DNA of 61,673 bases, the filler included, from Neolecta irregularis DAH-3 (Eukaryota): NCBI GenBank assembly GCA_001929475.1. It is 4 parts of 4 records of this genome, joined end to end, with 100 filler letters (N's around TTAATTAATTAA, not from the genome) between each part and the next. Parts side by side here need not be neighbours in the genome. Positions count along the whole stretch, not along the records: positions 35,454 to 50,972 come from LXFE01003776.1; 3 more parts are not named here. One strand, written 5' to 3'. Below, in pieces: positions 35,454-49,525 of this stretch. The translations under genes and the position numbers were made by a program. Under the pieces are notes generated by a model. The model was not told where the DNA came from, made no database searches, and saw nothing but the letters and a program-made list of their open reading frames with translations. Every line of letters starts with the position of its first letter. Position 1 is the first letter of the stretch.

Positions 35454-36737
35454 CTCCCACTCGCAATCAATATTTTATTATTCCTACCACCAACCTTTAC
35501 CTCTATATTTCATGTCGGACAACTCTGGAGCCAGCAGACTTTCCCAATAGCTTAAGCAAAAGCTAAAAATTCGACAGATAAATCCTGGTTCCCTGCCACA
35601 ATCTGCAGACAAGCAGTACCTACAGGATTCCCTCCTTCCCTTTCCCCTACTCCAAATAAAAATACCTTCTCCTGCCCATTCCTGCCATAAGACTGTTTTT
35701 GGAAACCTGCTAAAGCAGACACGACCACTGGCAAAATTGATAGTGCCTATTCGACCCTTCAACGAGATGGGAAAAGGCTCAGTAACCAATAGTCAGCTTT
35801 CATTTTATCCCTATTTTTAGAAGCTTCTCGTATTCTTACATTTTTCCTATCTTTTTTACTCACTCTTTTCAAGAAAAGCCTGGCGATGGCAGGCAACTTC
35901 GTATCTTTCTCTTTTCTATAGGTATGGGTCAGGAGTCAGTCTTTTCAGCTTAGCAGGAAAAATCCAAAACTTTTCAATATATCTCCTATTTTCAGTAGTC
36001 AGTGTGTTCAACCACCGCCCGCTCCTACCCAAGACTCACAATTGCAGCAATACCAAAAATCCTACAAGTCTATCCAAGTAAACAAATTATCAAGTAAGTC
36101 CAAGCAAGCAAGTCTTAATATCCAAAATAATCAAGCCCAAAGGCCTGACTTGGATTTACTTAATAGCAGGTCTTGGTGTGTTCGGCTGGGTGGCATGAGC
36201 AGCAGCGTGGCATCCTGACAAGCAGGCTGAGCTCAAGAGAGGCAAGTGTGTTGATTTGCAACCAGATCGAGAATTCCTGTTTCTGTGGTAGCAGTAAAAA
36301 CAGCCGCAGGTAATGTACAAGGTCAGACTTTGCAGGGGTCAGCGGATCGATGAAGAGGTACATTTCAGCAAGATTAGACATTAAAGTTAGTAGCAGCAGC
36401 ACTACTAATTTGGACATGTCCTCAGTAATACCCTCCAGAAGTAGCGCCTATGTGGCGCAGCAAACTATAAATATCACCTAGACAGCAACGAGCCGCTGCC
36501 GGTACTGAGCTCAGTCTCCAATTTCGAAGATACACTATCCTCCGAGACTTCACGAGAGCAATCCCTAGGCTCATGCTCTGAAATAGTAGCCATTCTTCCA
36601 AATGTTGGCAAATATTTATTGCGGTATTGTTTAGCCTGCCTGTTTGTTTCTCCGCACGTGTGCACGACGTCATCCCACGACTTGCCATTAAACCCAAAAT
36701 TATTAACCGGCTTCATTTTCCCATCCCACCTCCCCAA

Positions 36738-39264
36738 ATGTCCTTTACGCTTCCATCTGATTTTCCAAAGGATGGCACGGGTGTTATTATGACCGATCCT
36801 TGGCTAGAGCCGTTTGCTGATGGATTACGGTCACGGTATCCCTCCTCCAGTATAGAATTGCTGATTTCTTGATACGCCAAAACTCAGCAATGGATCCAAA
36901 GACTACAAGAAAGCGAAGGTGGACTGGACAAATTTTCAAAAGGATATGAAATAATGGGATTAAACGTCGATAAAAGCGGAAACATTATCTATCGAGAATG
37001 GGCACCCAATGCAACTCGCGCTTCTCTAATTGGTGAATTCAGTATTAATCTACTTCATTCATAGCTGATTTCCAGATAATTGGGATTCAAACTCACATCC
37101 TATGGAGAAAAATGAATATGGAGTATGGGAACTCGTTCTTCCAACCAAAGATGGGCAATCAGTGATCCCTCATAATACAAAAATCAAGGTTTGCATCCTA
37201 CAAGAAAAAGAACCTTGATTTTGTGGCGAGCTTAAAACTGATATCTCTTAGATTTCGCTAGTTTTCCCTTCGGGTGAGCGTGCTGACAGACTTCCTGCCT
37301 GGATTTCCCGAGTAACTCAGGATTTGTCTGTCTCCACGCTTTACGACGCAGTCTTCTGGAACCCAGAACTACCTTACGAATTTAAGAACAAGGCACCTGC
37401 AAAACCTCTCTCTGCGAAGATTTACGAAGCTCATGGTACAATATCTTTGTCATAATGATTATTGAGTTCAAGTTGGTATAAGTACGAGTGAATATCGGGT
37501 TGGAACGTACTCTGAATTTACAAAGAACGTCCTCCCACGAATTTCAAAGCTCGGGTATAACGTAATACAGTTAATGGCAATCATGGAACACGCCTATTAT
37601 GCCAGTTTCGGATATCAGGTTACCAATTATTTTGCAGTGTCATCTCGATACGGTCATCGAACTTTCTTGTCTCAATCTAATCAATTAGGGACACCAGATC
37701 AGCTCAAAGAACTTATAGATACTGCTCACGGGCTAGGAATTACTGTTTTGTTAGACGTAGTCCATTCACATGCATCTAACAACGTTCTCGACGGTCTAAA
37801 TCAATTCGACGGCACGGATCACTTATACTTTCACGAAGGCGTAAAGGGCCGCCATTCACTCTGGGATTCGTACTTATATCTTTATCTTTTCGTTCACCTT
37901 ACTCCTCTAGTCGTCTGTTCAACTATGGGTCTCATGAAGTTCTTCGTTTCCTTCTCTCTAACCTGCGATTCTATATGGAAGAATACAAGTTTGATGGCTT
38001 CCGGTTTGATGGAGTGACTTCTATGTTATACAAACATCACGGCATGGGGACTGGCTTTTCTGGCGGTTATCCTGAATATTTTGGTCCTGCAGTCGATGAG
38101 GAAAGCATAGTTTATCTAATGCTCGTACAACTCTTTTCTCTTGTTATCTAACCAAAGGCAAACGAAATGCTTCATCAAATCTACCCAAATGTGATCACAA
38201 TTGCGGAAGACGTTTCTGGAATGCCAGCCTTATGCCTCCCACGATCATTTGGAGGGATAGGATTTGACTATCGCTTGGCAATGGCTATCCCGGACATGTG
38301 GATCAAATTACTAAAGGAAAAACGGGATGAGGATTGGGACTTGGTGAATATCTGTCACACATTGACTAATCGACGACATTTGGAGAAGACTATTGCTTAC
38401 GCAGAATCGCATGATCAAGCGTAACTTCTCTATGATTTAACATGCACTAATAAAATATGCAGACTCGTTGGTGATAAGACTTTGATCTTTTGGCTAGCAG
38501 ATAAAGAGATGTACACTCACATGTCCGTCATGTCCGACCGAACGCCAATCATAGATCGAGCATTAGGACTTCACAAACTTATTCGTTTGATAACCCATGC
38601 TCTAGGTGGAGAGGGATATCTCAATTTTGAAGGAAACGAATTTGGTCACCCGGTTCGCTCCTCTCTTTCTCTGAAGAAAAGCCAACAAAACAGGAATGGC
38701 TTGACTTTCCTAGAGAAGGCAATGGGAATTCATACCATTATGCCCGAAGACAATGGAACCTAGTCGATGACGATCTTCTACGATACAAATATCTTAACGC
38801 ATTCGATGCAGCGATGCAACATACCGAAGAAAAACACGGATGGCTTCATTCATCTCAAGTATATTACCTTGCTTGATAAGGCAGTTTTTTACTCCAGGCG
38901 TATATTTCATTGAAACACCAAACTGATAAAGTGGTCGTTTTTGAACGTGCAAAATGCCTTTTCGTCTTTAATTTCCACTGGTCAAATAGGTATTATGCTT
39001 GCTTTCATGGAATAATGTAGTAGTTATACTGATTATCGAGTTGGAGTAGACATTCCTGGGACTTATAAAATCATTCTAAATTCTGATCGAAGAGAATTTG
39101 GTGGACATGAGAGGATTGACGAGACCGTGAATTATCCTACCACATCAATGGAGTGGAATGGTAGAAAGAACTGGCTTCATGGTTTGAATCGCTCAAGAAA
39201 TATAATATTTACGGGGGTAGTTTATGTTCCTACTCGAACCGCGCTGGTTTTGGCGTTGGAATAA
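36738..39264 (+). CDS. GLC3: 1,4-alpha-glucan (glycogen) branching enzyme, GH13, multi-exon
   Basis: [81 protein letters not shown]. Confidence 0.96.
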
Positions 39265-39938
39265 CTTAGACGGCGATTGTGAAGCTTGAATGTCGTAAAA
39301 TCAAATTTGTTAGATATTTATTTTTAAGAACCTCCCTATGTGTGATCAAAACGAAGGTATGATACATTGTTAGTTGATGCTTAGAGACCATTAAACTCAC
39401 TAATAAAGACTGGCTTAAACCGTCCATGTTGTCTAAAGGTCCTGCTTACTATCGCTTTATATCACCTATATACCGGGTTTATAAGCTGTCCTCTCGTTGT
39501 GGTCTCATTTTGCAACAAATAGCCTGAAGCTGAAAAATCTCTCTCCGTCATTAGCACTATTCTGATATTCCGTAAAGAGGGTCGTATATATTTACTTTGG
39601 ACTTCACAAAAGATGACAGGGAAACATCATGGGGTATATAATGAGATTCTCGGTTCTGATCTAAACACGAGACGAAGCTAAAGATTTATTCCAAGCCTAC
39701 CATCTGTTGGAAAGTATATAATTTTGACTGAGATGAAATGAACCATCTATCCAGCCTTGAAGCCACAATCCCCATTCTAGTACCATGTATAGATCGTGAA
39801 CCCATATGATCATATCAATCTGTGAGTACTAAAGTAGAATGCAACTTGCATATCAAACGAAGCGGCAATTTACGAAATATTCCCAGCGGAGACCGAGTCA
39901 TCTCGCAAATTCAACCTCCATTTCGAATTATTGCCGCG

Positions 39939-42900
39939 ATGGCCGCTGTAGTAGATCCCTCTGCTACTTCCGCGAGTACAATGCAGTTGCCAAAAGTCTC
40001 TACTACATTCTGCTTTGTTCTGATGGCGTAGACACATAAACGTGATACTCTCATCGAAATCGAGAAATCCATACAAAAGAAATGGGCCGTCGAGAGAACT
40101 TTCGAGGTTAATCCACCTAGTCTCAAAGAGACCGGCGAACTATCTAGCCAAGAGATGCGAGAAAAATACCCGAAATTCTTTGGAACCATGTAAGAAATCA
40201 CAGTAAAGCGAAGGCCAACTCTCTAGGGCATATCCGTACATGAATGGAACGCTTCATCTAGGTCACGCTTTTACCATGACGAAGGTTGAATTTGCCACTG
40301 GATATGAAAGGATGAATGGAAAGAGAGCTTTGTTCCCCCTCGGGTTTCATTGTACGGGAATGCCTATCAAGGTTTGCCTCATACAAGCATGTCTAATTTC
40401 AAAGGCCTGCGCTGATAAGCTCAAAAAAGAGCTCGATCAGTTCGGTCCAAATTTTGATCTTCCACTTGAACAAGAGACAAACTCGGGAGAATCTCCCACT
40501 AATCCAGTTACCACGCCCGCCGTTTCTCAAGATCCGAGTAAATTTGTCGCCAAAAAGGGAAAGCAAGTCTCAAAGAAAACTAATACATCCTATCAATTTC
40601 AAATCATGAAACTTATCGGCGTTCCTGACGACCAAATCGCAAAATTTGCTAATTCGCAATACTGGTTGAAATACTTTCCTCCGATCGCTAGAGAAGATGT
40701 GACTTCATTTGGAGCTCGAATCGATTGGCGGAGGAGCTTTGTAACTACAGATGCAAATCCATATTATGACTCTTTTATTCGATGGCAGATGAATAAACTG
40801 TATGCTTTGAGTAAGATTAAATTTGGAGAACGCTATACGATTTATAGCCCGAGAGATAAACAACCTTGCATGGATCATGATAGATCGAGCGGAGAGGGGG
40901 TTGGTCCTCAGGACTACACTGGAATCAAAATGAAAGTACTCAAATGGAGCGAAGCGGCAATGAACGAATTATCGAAATTTGAATCAGAAATTTCCGGGAA
41001 AAATGTCTTTTTAATTGCCGCTACACTTCGTCCAGAAACCATGTATGTCTGGAATAGTATTCAGTTACTGATTCCGCAGGTATGGACAAACCAACTGCTT
41101 TATAGGCCCAAATGTCCAATATATCATTCTCAAATCTCGAACCCCGAAAGAACTATATCTCTGTACGGAAAAATCCGCAAAGAACATGGCATTCCAACAT
41201 CTGACATCTGGAGATGGCCAAGTAGAAATAATCTGCGAGATTAAAGGGTCCAGTGTAATTGGCTCTCAAGTCCATGCTCCACTCTCAAAGTATTCTAAAG
41301 TTTACGTTCTTCCCATGGAATCCGTATTATCGTCAAAAGGGACAGGAGTAGTTACTTCAGTGCCTTCGGATTCCCCTGATGATTGGGCAACAACTGTGGA
41401 TCTAGCGAAGAAGGCCGATTATTACAAAATCAATGCAGACTGGGTGAAGCCTGCTGTTGCCATCATATCTACATTGAATTATGGTGACATGTGCGCGGAG
41501 ACGCTGGTTAAAGAAATGAAGATTCAATCTCCAAAAGATGCAAAGCAACTTGCAGTGGCAAAGGAAGTGGCCTACAAAGAAGGATTCTATAAAGGAACGA
41601 TGATGGTCGGTCGGTATAAAGGCGAAAAGGTGGAAAATGCCAAACCCAAAGTTCGCCAAGATCTTATTGATCAAAATCTTGCGTTTGTTTATCAGGAGCC
41701 GGAGAATTTGATTATCTCGAGAAGTGGCGAAGAGTGCGTTGTTGCATTGATTGACCAGTGGTATATTGATTACGGTGAGAGAGAATGGCGCAATTTGACC
41801 GAGGTGTATGATTGATTCGGAGGTATTGTCTGATTTTGTAGATGCCTGAATCGTGTCAACTGCTTTGCTTCAGAAACCAGAAATGGGCTTGATCGGGAGT
41901 TGGATCGGATCCATCAGTGGGCTTGTGCGCGACAATTCGGACTTGGTTCTCGATTACCGTGGGATAAAAGTTGCCTAGTTGAAAGTCTTTCTGATTCGAC
42001 GATCTATATGGCTTACTATACTATTTGTCATCATCTGCATTCGAATATTTACGGCTCAAAAATTGGCCCAGCAGGAATTCACCACAAGGATATGACCGAT
42101 CCTGTCTGGGAATATATATTTGCCCGAGGTCCATACCCCGAAACCAAGATTCCCAGAGCAACACTCGACAATTTAAACCGTGAGTTTGAATACTTTTACC
42201 CCCTTGATCTTCGTGTATCTGGAAAAGATTTGATCGGAAACCACTTGACATTTTTCCTTTACAATCACACCGCCATTTTCAGCCCCGAATACTGGCCCAA
42301 AGGCATAAGAGCAAACGGTCATTTGATGCTCAACTCTGAGAAAATGGCCAAATCTACAGGAAATTTCCTCACCTTGCGCGAGTCAATATCAAAGTTTGGG
42401 GCGGACGCTACGAGAATTGCGTTGGCGGACGCTGGCGATTTCATTGAAGATGCAAATTTTGAGGAGGAAACTGCAAATGCTGCGATTTTGCGATTACACA
42501 CTCTGTTAGAGTGGGTTCAGGTACAATACCCAAGGTTTACCTTTATTGAAAGATAGGAAATGATTCGAGAGAAGAATACTCTGAGGGTTGGAATGGACAA
42601 CATCCATGATAGAATCTTTGAGAATGAAATGAATAGATTGATTGGTCTTACAAAGGAGAGCTATGACAAGTATTGCATGATTGTTGGACCATACTAACTT
42701 TGAAAGAGCATTCTATAAAAACGCTTTACAGTTTGGATTTCATGTCTTGCAAAACACATTTGCTGAATATCGAAAAATGACTGAGGATGCCAGGATGCGA
42801 AAAGGCCTTGTCTTTAAATTTCTTGAAACACTGGTGTTATTGATTACACCTATTGCGCCTCACTTTGCAGAACATATATGGACGAACCTCCTAGAAAAGG

Positions 42901-43549
42901 TATATACGACTTATAATCTTTTTTAATATCACAGCGCTCCTCTGTCCAGAATGCAGCTTTCCCAACGGCAGGTCCAGTTGATTCCATTTTAGTAGCACAG
43001 AATGAGTATATGAGGACCTTGGAAGGCTCTGTGAATGCTGCTCTCGGTGCTCAAGAAAAGAAGAAGAAGAAAGGGAAAGAAGTCAGCTTTGATCCGAAAA
43101 AAGCTAAAAAATTAACAATTTTTAATGCTACCGAGCTTCCGAAATGGCAAATTAGTGCTATTGAAATTTTGAAAAAGCACTATATGGTAAAACAATATCC
43201 GATTCAGTCTAAGGTATAGGAAAACGGCGAAACTATCCACGATGCTGAAATAAAGAAGTCTTTCGTTTTGTCAGGATTACTGCAAGACAAAAAAGTCATG
43301 CCGTTTGTTCAAACTTTCCGGACAAAAATTAACCAACTCGGGTCTGAAGCTTTTAAATTGATGCTTCCGTTTGATGAAGACGAGCTACTCAATATAATGG
43401 TTCCATTTTTACAAAAGTCGATTAATGCTCAAAGTGTCGCTATTGTGAACGCTACTATCGCGGCTGACAAAATCGAGGGTGCGACAATGGCCAAGGATGC
43501 GGTGCCAGGCCACCCAACTTTCTTGTTTGAGAACGTAGATCAGACGTAG
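39939..43549 (+). CDS. CDC60: Cytosolic leucyl-tRNA synthetase, multi-exon
   Basis: [12 protein letters not shown] (HIGH), [28 protein letters not shown] editing motif, KMAKSTGNF (KMSKS). Confidence 0.96.
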
Positions 43550-43657
43550 ATTGTGTACAGTTTTGCTATGTGATATAGAACTCTGATTTTGCTGAAAGTG
43601 AGAGTCTTTAAGAAACGCATCCTTTCATCGCAGGCAGTCAAATACCCAAGTGGGACA

Positions 43658-46600
43658 CTACACGGCCAGCTCGAAATTCATGGTATCTACAAACACGGAA
43701 ACCTCGCGTTCCTTTTCCAAAACGAATATCTGACGTGCTGAATCGAGATAATCTAATTCACAAGAGATGTCTGTACGACAAGAGTCGATTTCAATGGAAG
43801 GAAGCATTGTCCAGCCTGCTTTTAACGGAATAAGCGTTAGTTCAACTTGTACGCGTCCCTCCTAACCAGAATGAGCTTTCTTTTGTAGGAATGAAAGATA
43901 CGGAAACTGTGAACTGGCCTCTTATTTTGCCTGATATCAACCAACGACTCGTATCGGCGATGACGTTATAAATAAAAGCTGCAGAAGAAACATCATGATT
44001 TGGAGATCCGGCCCATACAGTTGAAGTGGACAGATAAAGTGTCGCAGAGATGGGTTCACCTGTTCTTGAGACTTGAGTTTCATGAGTACCTAGATGGACT
44101 GTATGAACGACTTGGATTTGCGGGACGTCGACTGGTATCATAATCACTCGATCCTCCGAAACCAAATTCTCGATAACAACGTCATTCTATACCGTCAATA
44201 GGGTTATTTAAACCCAAACCTGTAAAGTTTCTTTGAGACACTGAATAACCAGGTCGCGATCAGCAGGAACAATTTGTCCAATAACATCCATCCAATCCGA
44301 TTCCTCAAACCTTTCCAAAACAATCTGATTGGTCAAACCAACACGCACCAAATCAATTTTCAAAAATCGAAAGTGTAAAGCGGAAATCAGTAAAATGGCA
44401 TATTTAAACACTAGAGTTTCTCGAAAGGTTGAAATAACCCAAGACCGTATAACCGCTTCGATATCTAGAGTCAAATGAACCCACTAACGTGATATACCCT
44501 CACGCAGTGTACGATATTTAATAGTTAAAAAAAGTGGCTGGGGGAACAACGACGAATCCGTCCGAACAATTTGAATAACATGCGAAACCATCTGTCCCGG
44601 AAACACAATCTAAAAATAAGCAATAACATCAGAAAAAACGAAACCATTGCATCGTCTATTGTTCCTCCAGAGAGGACTTTATAACCTTCCGTTCCCTCGA
44701 TTGTCGATTGTAATATACGCACGGGAACCATCGAACCACAAGTAACCATAAACTTTGAAAACAAACTACCAATCAACTTGCGACTCTCGGAAGGGGGTTT
44801 CTGACCTACTGGATTTAAAGTAATCTTGAACGTTGACGGCGAGGGGAAGGGAAGTAGTCACTCCAACCAGTGAACAATATATAAACGATCCAAAAGACGT
44901 CTCGTAACTAATTTCAACGCTCAACTATCATATTAATTAGTATGCTATTAATTTATTCGTACAGAAAGAAGAGTTGTATCCGAATCTGCTGTATATGGAA
45001 TTTCGAAAACGATTAAATTGCTTTGATCGACGTGAGAAAATTCGATAGCTCCTTTAGTATTATAATTGATACCAAAAGGCTCATTCGCTATTTAATAAAC
45101 CAGGAGAATTAGGGGGAGAGGAAAGGTACCGTTGAATGCTTTGATATTGGGTATATGTAAACGAATCCCGCCAGTAGCGATTTTAATTAAACATGACCCT
45201 CGTTCAATTGAATTTCTCCCCGGTGAAATTTCTAGCACAACTTTTCTAGGATCACCTAGATGGACTAAATATCAGAAAAAAACGACAAAGGTTGAGACTT
45301 TGGCTGGGGAGACGGAGACGTGGGGTGAGAGAATTGACGTGTGGAATGAGATTTATTTTCTTTTTCGAAGAGTCAAGGAAATCGTGTTTAAACGATATGT
45401 TTCCTAGGCCCAGTGTACATTGTTCCAAAACGTAAATCCCCGGGATAGTCACCTGGGAGTAAGGAGCCGAGCAACTATTGGGATACGGTACCTTTGTATA
45501 TAGAGTAACAACTGTACTCTTTTTTGGGGGAAGAGTAATGGCGGTTGCATCGAACCATACCTGTCTGGAATTTTCGACAAGAGCAAGTTGGACACGAATC
45601 CAATCAATATGGACGTCTGCGTCATTAGGATTCAAAAGGACTAGATCGATTTGGAATCCGTCGTGTAAGGTACATGGACCGGCCCAATTATCTCCCAATC
45701 CAACTTTTAAAAACCCAACTACCGATTTCTCAGTTTCTATGGTTAGACAGTCAAGAGGAGAGTAGGAGGGGCACCTGGGACTGTTGTAGCTATTGATTCG
45801 ATTTGTTTAATCCAAATTGAATCGCGGTGGTTTTGTAAAATAGACAAAAGACACTGCAAATACCCCGCCCAATCTCCACTCCGTTTCAAACACTCTGCAT
45901 AAACAAGTAATATCTCGTATTCAATCACCTTCCATCCACTTTTCTCCACTACGAAGTTTAATTTTGACAAGATTTCGATTGCTGCAGAGTAATTCTTTTG
46001 AGAGAAGCGGAGGAGCGCGATTTCGGAGAGGAGACGGTCTATTGATTTTTTACGATTGGAGGAACGGAAACTGGCTAGGGTTTTTTCGCAGAGATTGTCG
46101 TATAATTTGAAAAAGTTTGTTGGTGATTCTAATGCTTCCAGAATCTGTGAGTTGGTAACCGACATGGATGTCGTCACGGTACTGGATTGTGTAGTCTCCG
46201 TCCGAGCGACAGCTTCAGTTTGAGTATTAGATTGTGTACCGAGTTCCATTTGAGCGACATCAGCTTGAGTACTAGATTGGATATCAGGTTCCGTTTGGGT
46301 GACATCAGTTTGAGTACTAGATTGGATGTCAGGTTCCGTTTGAATGACATCAGTTTGAAAGTTCGATTCGTCGGGATTCTCTGGAGCGACAGTACCAGTT
46401 TCTGTCAGAGTACTAGATTCGGCGATAAACCCCCTCTTTTTCGCAAACTTCTCCAGCTGTTTTCTGGCAAAATCATACAACTCTGCTTTTCCCGCAGATA
46501 ACTGGACTCCACTCGCCGTATTCACCGCCCTGATAATATCCAACGAGGCGGAATAAATCCAACTCCATCTCCGCTCTTCATTTATTCCTTTCAATGTACG

Positions 46601-47658
46601 ATTTACCGAGGAAATAAAGTCTCGTGAGCGGGAGACTAGTTCTTGGTGCCGGGATAATTGTAAGAGAAGGGATGCTTGTCTCGCAAAGAGAAAACATTGA
46701 AAGTCAAAAACTGAGATTTCGTTCTGGAGGATGAGATTGCGGTATGGTTTATTTGTTGGTGGAATAAAAGAAAGAGAGTCGTCTGTTGGATCCGTGCCTC
46801 CTTTTTTTGAAAAGACAACTAGTTGATCCGAGTGATCTGTTAACGACTGGATGAATGATAATTCGAGTTCATCGTATTGAATGAGGGCATCTTCAAATAG
46901 TGCCATATGTTCAAAAGACTGGGCTAGACCTTCCTTTAACGAAAAGAAAGTGAGATAATTCCAGCCAGGGAGTGTTCTTTGAGCGTCTACTTTTCTAATG
47001 TCTTCTTCATAGCCTGAGACTCGTGCATCAAAAGCGATGAGGATTCCCATTTTCATTTTTACAAAGAGATCATCCCAGACTTCTGGTTCCTCTCTTTCAC
47101 TTTTCAATTGGACGCATCTGATTAACTAGGCAGACAAAGGGAATACCTGTCACGTTTTGAGGTATTAAAGTCTGCTTTTATTTTGTCAAAGACGCTGCCT
47201 TTCATGCCGAAGAAGGAGGATTGGGAGGAGGCGGGGAGGTTAGGGACGACATGGACGATCATCCACTCTTGGTTTTTGCGGGCAGTAGCGTTGTTGTACC
47301 ACTCGCGGATGACCTTTCTGACCGAGGAGCGATAGGCATCGTTGTCCTGACATAAGACAGGAATATAGATTCAGATACATCACACTTTACGAAAAAGAGG
47401 TTGAGGTAGGGCTTCTCAAGCATGGAGAGAGAGGAGAGGTGCAGGGCGGGATCGTCGTGGGGCAGAAATGGTTGGAGATGGATAAGGAGAGAGGGAATAG
47501 AGCGCAGCGGGCGGGAGGCAGACTTCCAGTGCAGATTGCGGAGAGGCAAGCGGAAGGCGAGCTCGTCTGAGATGGCGGGATACAGATGGAAGGGATCACA
47601 GTCTGGAATTAATAGGATATAGAAAAGACATACAAGTGACGATGAGCGTGGTAGTCAT
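43658..47658 (-). CDS. TRS130: TRAPPII subunit TRAPPC10/Trs130, multi-exon
   Basis: LPLRNLHWKS..RPLRSI, QRTLPGWNYLTFFSLKEGLAQSFE...DALIQYDEL, ISVFDFQCFLFARQ, C-terminal WLISGKIRG..LTLIPL. Confidence 0.9.
46215..46358. repeat. 48-bp in-frame tandem repeat (about 3 copies) inside TRS130
   Basis: Encodes QTDVIQTEPDIQSSTQTDVTQTEPDIQSSTQADVAQMELGTQSNTQTE. Confidence 0.85.
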
Positions 47659-48462
47659 ATCAATTGATATAGATTGATGTGGTGGGAGTAGATGGAGTGG
47701 TAGTAGATGGACTGGAGGGAGTAGGTAAGATATAATTTATCAGTTATGGAGATTAATAACAATAGACATGTTCAAGTATGAATGGATTATAGACCTCAAG
47801 AAGGCCATTCCCAGACAAGCTGGAACATCAACAACATCCAGCCACAATGATGCGTGAGAGCGAAGTGGACGTTGTAACCATAAAGCTCTCCGACTTAAAG
47901 AACAAATATTTATTACTCGCCCAGTTTGCAACGTTATGACCCAAAGAGAGGTTTTCCTTTGATCAAATCGCTAATATCAATTCCCTTTTGAAGGATTCTG
48001 ACCCTTGGCGGTTGGACTGTGAGACTGATATCGTTATATGTACAATATATTCTGTGATTGATTTTGAATTGATATCTGTGGTCTGAGCCAGAACCTATTG
48101 TGAGAGGAGCTGTTGACAACAGCAGAAGAAAAAAATGTTTAAATTCCTCGTGAACTCTAAGGATCGATTTATCAGTTGGTATTACGGATGAGCAGCAGCG
48201 GGATCGCGGCAAACAAGTTGAAGTCAAGGCATATAAGTGCAGTCATTAGTAAAATTAGCCTGAGAATTTGTTTCCGCTATTTTGTACACCAATATATGTA
48301 ACGGGGACACTACGGAATAGACCAGTGTAGGATCAGTGCTGCGGATGGGCTGTGGGCTTAGCCAAACACATGGGCCAAAACAGTATCACCTGATCTTGGC
48401 TCAGTGTGGCCACCACCGACGGGTGGATTAGTAATCCACCCACCCACCAGAGAACTCTTAGG

Positions 48463-49008
48463 TTATGAATTCGACTCATACATCATTCTCTCGTTCACCG
48501 ACAGAACATTGATTTTATCCGTTGGAGAGACAGTGAAAAGTAACAGATACCGGTATTCTCTCATCAACACCTACAATTGCCGTCCAGCAACTCGGCCAAG
48601 ATGCACTTATTCAGATCCACCCAGGCACCATCCGGTATATCCGCGCAGACGGAAAAATCCTCGACTGGAAAGCCCCAGCTCAAAAACTATCCAACGAGCT
48701 ACCACGAATCAAAGACAAGTCGCGAACGCATTGAGTAGTGGAGAATTAGTATACTTTGAATTGGACAGCGGAGAACTACAAGAACATCTGGAACGGAAAC
48801 AAATGACTAGCACCATCATTGCATTGAGCATTGGCGAAGATCCAGAAGGAAGAGCAAGGAATAGTTTTGTGGTTTGTTGATCCGAGAACGATGTTGGTTC
48901 TCAGGCTGTTGCGTGTGATGATAGCACTGTTGGAATCATTCTCTAGATCTGTCGAGCACTCTTGATTCTCTTGGCATTCAAGCTCTCAGTGCACCTGCAA
49001 GCTCACTT
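48463..49008 (+). pseudogene. RSE1: Frameshifted internal fragment of SF3B3/Rse1 splicing factor, intron retained
   Basis: DSYIILSFTDRTLILSVGETV / [27 protein letters not shown] / [22 protein letters not shown] / LAVACDDSTV / SLGIQALSAPASSL across shifting frames; no start or end. Confidence 0.85.
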
Positions 49009-49525
49009 GTATGTAGACATGTATCCTTACAGTTATAAAAAGAAAAAGCTCCCTGCAAACCTCATCCTTTTGAATCAGCCTGGCAACTCAGCATGGTCAA
49101 ACATTTTTCTGCTCTTGCAAATGTTTTCCTGGATTTCTTCCTCACGTCCTTGTTGGGTATAATTTCTTCATCAACCTCTAAATCCCAGTCTCTGCGATGC
49201 CATCCTATATCCAAGATAGACCATCTGACAAGGCGGTTATCGAGTGATCATATGGTATTCGATATACAATTGTCTTACACTTATTCGTTTCGACAAGCAG
49301 AGCATCTGAGCTTGCCTATATTTATCAATTCTGTGAGCAAATGTGGATTTCCGTTTTTACCAACGTGATGGATACTTTGTGCTACATAGGAATATTACAA
49401 TTCTGCGTATCTAGCTTCCACTTGCCATCTTGCCTGTGGTCTTGCTGATGTGCTGTAGGTCGGTATGCTTGTACGTGTGATCAGACTGCACTACACCTCG
49501 TCATGCTAATCTGATTTGCACCCGC

